A program made the position numbers and the translations under genes. 64,000 nt of DNA from a virus. Below are positions 17,501-29,500 of the stretch, piece after piece (positions within the stretch are counted from its first letter, which is position 1; each line of letters begins with the position of its first letter). The notes below the pieces were generated by a model that worked only from the letters and a program-made list of their open reading frames with translations, was not told the DNA's origin and ran no database searches. The DNA is taken from IMG/VR virus record IMGVR_UViG_3300027801_002517, positions 1-64,000 of that record, one strand, 5' to 3'.

Positions 17501-20500
17501 TAAATGCTATTGATCATATTATCCTTAATGAGGATGCTGATACACAAACCGTTAATTTAACAGGTATTAGTGATGGTGATTCGGGAACTCAACCGTTGCA
17601 GATTACGGTTACTAGCAGTAATCCCTCATTAATTCCGACTCCAACTGTAGCATATACATCACCTAATGTGTTCGGAAGTTTAAGTTTCACTCCTACTTTA
17701 GGATTAAGTGGTACATCTACAATTACAGTAACGGTTACAGATGGTGGGTTAGATAATGATCTAAGTGCAACAACTGACAACAAAACATTTAGTCGTACAT
17801 TTACAATAACGGTTAATTCGGTTAATGATCTACCGACATTAGATCCACTTGTAGACATGACTGTTGATAAGAATGCTTCCGCACAAACAGTTTCTCTTAC
17901 GGGTATCACTGATGGTGATGATGATACTCAAGCTTTAACTGTAACAGCCGTAAGTAGTGCTACAGGCACAATTCCAAATCCAACCGTAACATACACTTCA
18001 AACAATACAACTGGTAGTTTGGTTTTTACCCCTGTAACTAATCAAACTGGCACAGCTACTATTACTGTGACAGTACAAGATGATGGTGCTGGTACAATAG
18101 CTCGTTCATTCGATGTGACAGTAGTTGATTTTAACACTCCTCCAACATTAAATGCTATTTCTAATGTCACGATTGAGGAAAATGATCCTGAGCAAACTGT
18201 TAATTTAGCGGGAATTACTGCTGGGGGTAGTGATTCTCAAGCTTTACAGGTAACAGCTACCAGTAGTGATACAAGTATAATCCCAAATCCGGTTATTACT
18301 TATACATCCGCACAAACAACGGGTACTCTAAAATTTACACCAGTTACAAATCAGCATGGTACAGTTACAATCACTGTAACAGTAGAAGATGCGGGATTAG
18401 ATAATAATCTAAGCATCACTTCAGATAATCTCACCTTTAGTCAAACATTTACAGTCACTGTAAATCAAATTATAGTGCCATCATATTATGTGGTTGACAT
18501 TGAATTAGTATCACATGATGGTGTTGACGCAATAGATTTAGAGTCGTGTCAGACGGATGGTAATTGTTTCGCTCAAGTCTGCCATATAGATGATTATTTA
18601 AACCCTGTAGCAGAATACTTAACAGCATTTGGTCATATACCAAGTGATCCTTTGAATATTGAGTCTAGTGGTAGTATTAATTCTACATTGAGTGCTGAGA
18701 TAAGTGGCGTTGTAAATTTATTATCTACTACTGAAATTTCTAACTCTGGCTTATCTGTAGATTATAGTGTATCCCAGTCCGTTGATAGTTTAGGGGAACT
18801 ACAAGCTAAATATACCGATAAACTTTCTGGTGATTTTGGTGATTATAACTGTGCCCAAAAATTATATCCTATTGCCGATGTTTCTCATAGTTATTTTGTC
18901 ACCTCTAGTGGTACACATTCTGATTTATATAAATCAATTGATGAGGGTGTATTCTCTGGAGATGGCATAAAAGAAAATGGTGTTTCTACACTAATAGCAG
19001 ATTCTACTACATTTATTCATCCATCATCTATTCATACAGATGGTGAGTTTAGTTATAAATTTAAAGTTACTACTCCCATCGTAAGACCAGATTATACGAG
19101 ATTAAGAATTCGGGCAGCAGCACCATTATTTACCCACGAAGCCAAAATTCCTCCGAAGTATACTTTTACTGATATTAAATTCGAAGACCCAGATGGTGAC
19201 TTAGTTGTTGAATACAATGACATTGTGGTTTCTGGTGATTCTACATACATTGGGATGAGTGGTGACGCAAACTTTACAACATATTCCAGTTCTCCTAAAG
19301 TCAATTGGGATGACACTTATCCTGAGTTAAATGGCACTGAATATACATTATCATTTAATTTATTGAGTGAAGATGTCGGAGATGCTTTCAGTGTTGGTTT
19401 TGATACTGGCTTTGAAGAAGACTATGATATACCAGATCCACTACATAGTGGTGATGATTATCTTGCTTTACATGGTTCTCCATTATCTACTATGAGTCAG
19501 GGATTTTTAAATCCGACAGATACTATTAGAATATCTGCTATTGAGATTTGTAACAGTGGTAAATACGGTCCACGTATTGAAGATTCTATTAATCTTTTCT
19601 CGGAAGTACGTCCTACTGGTAATAAAGTACAGAGAACATTAATACCAACATTAATGCCATTAGTTGATTTTGATAGTACTATATATCCTACAGTAAGTAG
19701 TGTCTGGTATGCAAATGACGATGCTAATTTCTCAAATTATAATACTACAGGAACAAAGAGATTAATTCATAATATTAATAATAGTCTTGACTCAGACTTT
19801 ATTATTATGAACCATACATCTGGTGTAGCAGACTCTGGTAAATTAACATTAAAGATGAGTCATAATGCAGATCCTAATAATCTTAAAACCAGAACTCGTG
19901 GTGCATTTGATTTAGGCTTTGATGGAACTATTGGTGGTACATGTATTAGAAATGGTGCCTTTAATAGATTAAATATTGAAGATGATGATATCAATGATGG
20001 CTTCTTTGTCGCTGATCGTGATTGTATAACTCTACGAGTTAGGGCTAAAAAGCAATCTGATTCAAGGGATTATGTGCTTGATGTTGTAGGTTATAGTGAC
20101 GATTGTATTCTGAACATGACCAGTGCCGTTGGTGGATTCTTACAGGCTTCATCTGGTAATCCTATTGGAAATTATCCTGTCTCATCTGGATTTAGTGGAT
20201 CAGATGATCTTGCTCTTAGTGCCAAATCTCTATCTCAACGGGAAAACTATTTCCAAGTAAGTGGTGATAATAGTCACTTTGTTAATCTTGGGGAAGATCA
20301 TTATTCTCTTGTTGATGGACCGCTTGTCAATAGTACGGAATTTGCTTGGTATGAAATTCCACTAAAGATTTACGATGATAATGTTACTCTCGGTCGTTCT
20401 CGTGATTATCGAATGAGTTCATTACTTGAGAATCTATACTTAGATATCTATCCATTACCAAGTGGTGCAAGTATTTCTAAAGTAGAAATGTTGGTTACAT

Positions 20501-23500
20501 ATGCACCTCAAAATGCTTTACAAATAGTGACTGAGGGTGGTGAAGTTAGAAAGGTTACATCTGAGGACAGACCAGAACCTAAGATCTTCCCAAGCTCGAT
20601 GCAGCCTAATGATAGTTATTTAAATGCTGGATCTGGTTATGGTTCATTATCTTATATTAGTGGTATTCCTCAAGCTTATTCTACTAAGAACACCTCATTA
20701 AAAACCAATTATTCCAGAAGATGGCGGGGTATGGATGGTTTAACTGAAGGTCCGTATGACCAACAGTCATTCGGGTTTGGTTTCTATAATCCACAATTAG
20801 ATTATCCATTCTTATCTGGGTTTTATGGTTTTGACACAGAGACTGGTACTAGTGTTATACCTGATGTTGGTAATTTAACAGGAGTTATTTCAAGTACATA
20901 TTCTACATATAGAATTAAAAACTTAGGTTGGCGATTTAAAAATTCCACTTTGTTTACTAATCAATTGCCAGGACATACTGGTGCTTATGAAACTATTGAC
21001 TGGAGTTCATTGTCAAATGGTTCCAACAATTTCCATAATCATCCATTGTCTGGTCAAATTGCGGATGCATTTAACACTGCCATTAGAATATCTGGACATA
21101 ATTCCAGTATTAACTTTGGTGATATAAATATTGTTCCCGATTCTGGCTTTAGTATGTATGCCAGATTCTCTCCAGATGCTAATGTCTCTGGAGTAGGATA
21201 CGATCTATTCGAGAGTGGTTGCTTGTTCTCTAAATGGGATACAGGCAATGATCTTGAATTCGCTTTAGGTTATGCTAGTGGGTTCTTGCGTGGTTATGCT
21301 AGAGACAATGCTGGTGCTGTACATACAGTACAAGACCCCGCTATATGTTCTGGCTACCAGTATCCATTAAGTGTAATTCTCACTTACAATGATGATGGTC
21401 GTAGTGGTTTAAAACTGTATACCGATAATGAGTTTGAGCCTAATTGGCAAACTATGAGAGCAAGTTCTGTAGCACCATTTAAGTTGCACACTGCAGATAG
21501 TAATTTTGTTGTTGGAAATTCAACAGGTTCTGGTGTTGGTTTCAATATGTTCCTTACCGAATTGGGAATTTCTAATTCTGGTAATGTTGTATACTCTAAT
21601 CCAGATCCTACATATAAGCAAGTTACTGCTCAAAAATTCCTTGAAAATAATAGGTCGTTCTGGTGGGATAATACTGATACATCATCGAATGACGGCTATA
21701 CATTATGGCAGAATATTGATGAAGATACCCGAACTGATTGGGATTTGGGAGAATTCAAGTATCAACCATTTAGTCTTGCTTTTAAGCAGTACACAAAAAG
21801 AACTAATAGAGATCTTGTTAGCTTCAAAGTCTTCGGTGACGGTCAACCTTATTATGCTAAAACAGATCAAACTTTACCGTCTACAATTGATAGCGGTGTA
21901 GCATATCATAGTCAGATTGAAAATGACTTTTTAAGATTCCATTTAAGTGATACTCCTAATAATTTCTATTCTGTTTATCCACGAATCAGTAAAGATATAC
22001 CAAGGGGTTATAATTTTATAGATGATGCTTTAGTCGTAGAGACTGTTTTGGAGCACACTACTAATCACGATATTATATGGAGTGGCGGTCAAGTTGGGCC
22101 GAAATTAATTGTTAGTTTGTATACCAAAAAACAAGAACCATATTATGAAACTGCCAATCCTAACTGGGGATTAATTAATCGTAGTACTCATTATCTGGAA
22201 CCATCTGGTGGTATACATAGACTTGATAGTACATTTACATATGATGATGTGTGTGATAAATCTGAGGAATGGGCCACTTTCCCAATTGAAGCCACACTAA
22301 AAGAATTTAAAGAGAAATATTTTTCACAAGATGTGGATGATATGTTCTTACAGTATGATGTTGTATATCCGTCTGGTGGTTCATTTGAATCCAAAATTGA
22401 TATTCACACTGCACATGTCAGAATGGAAAATGCGTATGTGAATCCTACTGCTGATTCTGGAATACTTAATATTGCTACGAGTGGTGGTAATGTTGTAGAC
22501 GATAGAGACCTAATGTTGTCTCTCTATAATGGTCCATCACCAGCTAGTGGTGAATTCACACTATACACTATTGGTCCTATCCAGGTTGAAAATTCAGGGT
22601 TGCCACTCTATACTAGTGGGACATTGGTTAGCAGAGAAGAATTAAATTTATTCACCCATAATTTTGTTACCATTCAAGAATCTGGTCTGACTTTATCTAC
22701 TTCCGGTAAAATGCCGATTGAGCAATCTGGTGTTGTAAATCTACATACTTTAGGTAAGGGAGTCTTTACATCTGAAGTTAGCCGAACTGTAAATTCTACA
22801 ACTATAACTATCGGTACAGATTCTTCTACGATTGTATTCAATAATGAAAATAATACAATTCAATCAGAAGGGTTAAATTTAAAGGATGATTATAATTATC
22901 GGGTTGGTGGAACAATTACAATTGCTAATTCTGCTAATCCAGAAAACAATGGTACATATACCATTACAGAGATTAGTAATACATCTGGTACAAATGACAC
23001 ATTAACAATTGTCAATACAGATGGTAGTAATCCAGATTTAGTTACTGGATCAGATGACACAGAGGGTTTAACGGTTTCTGGCAATTATATTGATAGTATT
23101 GTTGGAATGGCTTTAACGGCAGTAAACACTGAAACTGCTGGTTTGATTAGCGGTATATTCAACTTAAATGCATTTGTTAGTCCAACTGCTGACACAGATG
23201 CTATACAAGCTAATATGCCAGTATTTGTGCTGAATGATTTTCAGACAGATCCAACTGATAATAGTGGTATTCTTAACTTAAGAACATTAGCTACATCGGC
23301 ATTAGTATCAATATATCCTACAGCATCAATGAACCTGTATTTAGAAACAGGTTATGCTTCTACTAATGCTGATATGAACCTTACATTGTATGGTGATAAT
23401 TATAGCACAACCGCATCTAGTGGTTCTATGAATCTATCAACTGCAAATTATGCTGGTCCATCAAATCCACTATCAACATATAATTATGCCAGTGTTGGTT

Positions 23501-26500
23501 CAGACTACTCGTTATGGTTCAATAATAATATTGGTACTGGTATTGATCTTTCTGATAATGATTATGCAACTCTACCTGCCGATGATGAACTTAGAGGTGT
23601 AGATTTAATTGGTTATGGATCTTGTACGGGAAATAGTCCAGATAAGGTAACCGATGCGGCTGTTGTAACAGATGATGTTGTTTGGCGTGAAGAGCAATGT
23701 GTCGAAGGCGGTATTATGAGAGCCGACAAGACATATACAAATCTTGAAGCTGGTTATAGTGGTAATTATTATGGTATAAGAAAATATACGGAATTAGTTC
23801 CTAGTTATTCTTACTTTGCTACATTAGAAATGAAAACTGGTAATACAGAAGCTATTAAAGTTCCGAGAGATTTAGAAGAATGGGAATATGGAATAAATTC
23901 TGATATCAATTATTCTGGTGTTAAATTGATTGGTGACGATCCTGCTTTAAGTGGAGATACATCTATTGAATATCCTTTACCAGACTCCGGAAGAAACCCA
24001 GAGGATAATTATGGTAAATCAGTTGCGGTCCACAAAGACTTAATGGTTGTTGGCTCTCCGTTTATAGATATTCCAGATGAATCTGGTTATAGGATGACCA
24101 ATGCCGGAACTGCTTTTGTATATAGAAGAAATACAGATGTGCCTGGACAAAAGGCGGCTTGGAATTTAGACACTCATTTAATACTTCCATCTGGATTTAA
24201 GAGAGATTTTGTTAGTAGAGAAGTTTCAAATGCTATAAGTGTGGGTGATTGGAGTATTGGTTCCAAAAAATGGAATGTTGGTCAAGAAGGTAGAGAGTTA
24301 GGTCATTCGGTAGATATTGCATCTTCTGGAGATACTGAAACTATTGTAATTGGTGCTCCCGGTGCTGGATGGGGTAGAACATTCGATACTATTACAGAAT
24401 CTGGTATTCCAGTATGTATGATGGTATTTACTGACCAATTTAATTATAAGGATGAAAATCTTGGAGCGGTTGGTAATGCTGCAGACAAGAATAAAATCTT
24501 GTATCGTTATTTCTCTGCTCCTTGGCGAGAAGATTTTCAACCTCGTGTAGATATTAAACTGTTAGTATTCCAATTAGCATATGATAGAGATGAAAAACCC
24601 GTAGTTAACTCTAATATTGAATGGTTTAAACACCAATATATGGAACGAGAAGATGACCAAGATTTACTTGAGCAAAATAGCAAAGAGGTTATTAGAAATG
24701 GAATAGTCAGTGGAATTCAAGATGCATTCTTGGAGATGTTCCCTCATAACACTACAAGTCCGCATAGTGGAATTCCTCCAATTGTTGGTATATTTAAAGA
24801 CAGTACTTTATCAACTAAATACACCCTTTCATTTAATGAATCTGTTAATAGATTTGTCAGTTATTATAATGATTATTCTTTTGTTAGTGGTGTAAATGAT
24901 CCATCAGATGCATCTCCACAGGCTGGTCATGTTAATACGATAAAAGGTGACTCAGCAAGCTTTGTATTATCAACAGTAGAATTACTTAATGAGACATTGG
25001 ATACTGGTCGATTAAATTCTGAAAATATCTTAAAATTTATAACCAGTGGTGTTGGTCAAGAGTGGGCTAATAGTAATGCCTATCAATTCCAAATACCTCC
25101 TGCATCTGGTGGTAGAGTATATATCTTTGAAAAAGAAAATAATGAGTTTAACTTAGTTCAAGAAATTAAATCCAAAACGGAAAAAGATTTTACATCAACA
25201 TTTTCTAACAATGGTATTGATGATTATGCTATTAATTTAGGTTCTATACCAAGTACAAGATTTGGGCATTCTGTTTCTATTAGCGATGAAAATGAAATTA
25301 TTACAGTTGGTAGTCCTTATGATGCAAATGCTATAGAAGTATTTGAAAGAAACCCATCTGAGCATACAAGGATGCTTAGTAACATTCGACCGTGGCTTGT
25401 TCACCAAGATAAAACTGAAGAAGTTACTAAATACGATTTACTATTAACTGCTTCTGGTTCAACACAAACTGCCCAACAAATCTACTATGATTTATCTGCA
25501 ACTGATAAGTTTTTACTTAGAATAGATGAGTCATATTGGATTAATCGTCCAATTGAGTTATATAAGAATATTTACACTTATGGTTATGGTAATATTCCTT
25601 ATCGTGGAACTTGGGGCTTTATTCCTGATGAGTTTGCCGGAACATCTAGGCTTGGTTATAGCACAGCAGTTTCATCCAGTGGTAAAACTATTGCTGTAGG
25701 TGCTCCAACAGATTCATTTAATGAATTTGACGACAATAATATTTGGTATGGTGGACAAAGCAGTTATAATACTTGGGCTTCTTATACAAATGCTGGTGCT
25801 GTTCGAGTATTTGGATCAAGAAACTATTATCCTCATAATCGTGTAGTAGAGTTTTATAAGTTTGGTAACTTGGATAAAACAATGCATCCAAGTGTAGTGG
25901 ATCAGGGTTTCTACGATCAATGGGATTTATTCTATGGGTCTGAGCGTCCGTTTACAAGAACTGCATTTAGTGATATTGAAATCCCACAAGATGCTGGGTT
26001 AGCATTTATTATTACTCCAGAAGTAGATGCTGCAAGTGATGAAATTATTCAGAATATTAAAGATTGGTTAGCACTTGGTGATAGAACATTGGTACTGGTT
26101 GGTAATGATCCAGTTTACGAGGAAAATGGATTATATAGAGGCTCTAATGTTATTGTCAATAAAATTCTTGAAAAACTTGGTTCAAGAATGAGTATTCATC
26201 CGGCAAGAAATGCACATGAATCTTTAGCTGGTGCTAGAAATGAGAGCCAAGTATTTGATAAGAAATATAATGTTGTAGCATCTAAAGTGCCTTCATATGC
26301 TACATCGACTAGGATCTCTAACGCAAGTATATTTGCAAGTGGCGTTGGTGATATTAGGATTAATGTCTCTAGCGATTTGGGTCCAAATTATCTTGCACAT
26401 GAACCTTGTGATGAGTTCAATGCGGGATGTGGGTTACCACAAATGCATAACGGTGATTTACGTGCTGAATGGACTGAAAAGTGTGAGAAAACTATTCCAG

Positions 26501-29500
26501 GTGTTGGTGCATTTGATGTGTATTACCAAAATAGCTGGCCGTTTCAGTTTGGAAATCCAAATCCATCAGATGAATGTGATAATCCTCCAGAGGGATCAAT
26601 CAATCGACCTAATCAAGATATACGTCCTATTCTTGTTGCTGCTGAAGATGTTCCAGAAAGCGGTTATATCATTCCCGCAACCGATCCGGGATCAGGTTTA
26701 ATAGAAGAACAACTCTTTAGAACATCAACAACCAATGAAACATATTTTTATCGCGAATTTGCTGAACAACAAATTGATGAAGTAGCATTTTCTGTATATG
26801 AAGACGCTAATTCTAATGTTACTGGTGTGAATGTTAATCACTTCGGTATTGGCACTTTTGATGATCCAGACTCATTTACGACTTCTGATGGAAGTGTAAG
26901 GGATGGTCTGTTATATGCTACGGGGGTTAATACAGCTTCATCAGATTTTAATGAAGTTGTAATATTAGCTGAAGAAACAATAGCTGCAACAAAAGAACAA
27001 TATTTTGATGATGAAAATAACCCTAAAGGTAGTGTTTATTTGATCGCTAATATGACTCTTGAGTCAGCAGTGGCTCTTGGTGTGGGCGGTGTATCGACTC
27101 CTAATAGTGATCAAAATATCGCATTTTATAATAATTTAGTTATGAAAGATTGTAGCAATGCTGGACAAGTTTATCAGTTAGGTGGCTGGACTGGACATTC
27201 ATCCTTTACTTCGGCATATTCTAAATCAAAAATCAATCAAGTTTGGGGTGACTTTGAGCAATCCTATACTGAAAATGTAATTCTTGGTAATGGCGATGAT
27301 GAAATACAGCAAATTCCAAACGCTGTAAATGTATTATGGATTGCCAATCCTCAAGGCTTGCCAACTCCAGCAGATCTTAATGTTATAAAAAACTGGTTAC
27401 ATGCTGATCCTGAAAATCTGGGAGACACAGAAAATCCTGATTTTGTGGAGAAGAAAATTGTTATTACTTATGGCACAAATGCAGAAATAGCACAAAATGT
27501 AAGAAGTATTTGTGAAAGTTTAAATTTAACTACAAAACCTCGACGTTCTGACAATCCTCATTACTTTGAAGATGATCTGGAGGAGACTGGGTTTTTCTCA
27601 AGAAAGTCTCATGGTAGAGATGGTGATATATATCAATATCAGAATGTCGGTTTAGATATATCTACAGTTGGTTGTGATGAAGGTTATGTTTTTGCTGGAT
27701 TGGGATCTAGTGATGGTTCAACATCTACTGAAGTAGATGATTTATATGTACCTGTATCGTATCTTGTTTCAGATGCTGCAAATTCGGTTACAGGATTATT
27801 CTTTTCTATAGAACTGGGTTCCAATACTACTAAACTGTTATATTTTGATGGTCCTGAAGATAATATAACGGAAACATTATATACGGCAGCTCCAGATAGT
27901 TGGTATGTTCCTGGTGATGGTGCATCTGCTACATTTAATGTTGAGAGAGGTTCAGGATATAGATTATTCATTAATAGAGTTTCTGAAAATCCGAATGAAA
28001 TAATTGGTTTACATTATAGTACAGAGAATGTGGCATTCCCAGGAGAAACTTGGTCATTAGAGCAAGACGAAGATGATCCAACCATTTACACAGATCAGGT
28101 ATCTATAAGTCCAAATAATTACTATCGTACTTTATCAGGAACTACAACCAATAATGTTGAAACTATACAATTAGATTTTTATGTTCCATCAGGTGATGTA
28201 CTTAGTACAACTACTGTTAAACTTAATTTCCAAACTCCACAAATTTTTGCTGGTCCAAATAGTGTCCCAGGTGGAAGACTTGGTGGTAGTTTAATAGCAC
28301 CAGGTACAGAGTTTCATGACTATCTTCTTGATAGGAATACCTTCCCAGCTACACCAAGGCTATTATCTATGTCTGGTTGTTTATTGCCAGTTATTAATAC
28401 TAGTCAGACAATTTCTTCGACAGGTGAAGTGCCTGATGGTCAGAGGTATTATTGGTCTGAGCCAACTGCGGGCACACCCGAACGGGAAGTTATAATTCCA
28501 GCTACATTTAGAACCATTATGAATGACAATACTCAGTATTGTGATCCAAATAATAATCCTACAGGAGCTGAAAATACAGATCCAGACCAAGAAATATTTA
28601 ATATATTAGATGGAGTATCAGATAAGGAGTGTATTGGTGGTTCATTAATTCAAGATGGTCCGGTAGTTTGTGCTGTAGAACAAGAGACATTTACTGGTTT
28701 TGTTAATGGGTTAAACAGATCGACTATTGTAGTAATATCTGATTCTACAATCGTGCAGGGTCAAAATGCTTATTACAGAAATGATACTAATGCTGGTAAT
28801 CAGGCATTTGTGAGAAGTTTATATCCAGTAAGTCCAGGAGATCCTGATGATGATGGTAACTTCTTTACAAAAGGTAGAAATTATGAGCAGGTTCAGAAAT
28901 TATTATCACCAGAACGTGGTAGTCCTGGTAAATATCGTGCATTGAGTGGTGGTATTGCTAATACAACACTTAAGTTTGGTTCATCTTATTCTACACCAAG
29001 TGTTAATGTCTTTTCTGATACTGAAAATAGTTTACATCCAAATGATGTAGCTAGATTGCCAACTCCAACTGGTAGTAAGAGATTGAAAGATGAGACCTCA
29101 CTCTTTGAAACTGGAGTTATCAAGAATTATGGTGCATATCCGAGATACAGTGGTAGTATTGATGGTGTTGAATATATGGATGCTGGTAGAGGAGGGGGTG
29201 TTCCAGATCTACTGAAGAAAACGGGTAAAGATTATCTCGATTTAGATGTATATAGTACTGGTTATCCAGGTGATTTGTTTGGATATGATGTCAGTATTCA
29301 TGAAGACAAATTAGTAGTTGGTTCTCCGTTTAATGCATTTGAATCTGGGTATCCTGCTATAAGCTGGCCTTCTGTACTTAATCATTACAATAGCGGAATT
29401 GATCCGACTAAGATATCAGGTAATGGTGGAGTTGGTTCGGTATTCTACTTTGAGAACACTGGTAAAGGTGTTAATGCAACTGGTTCATTCTTATCTTGGG

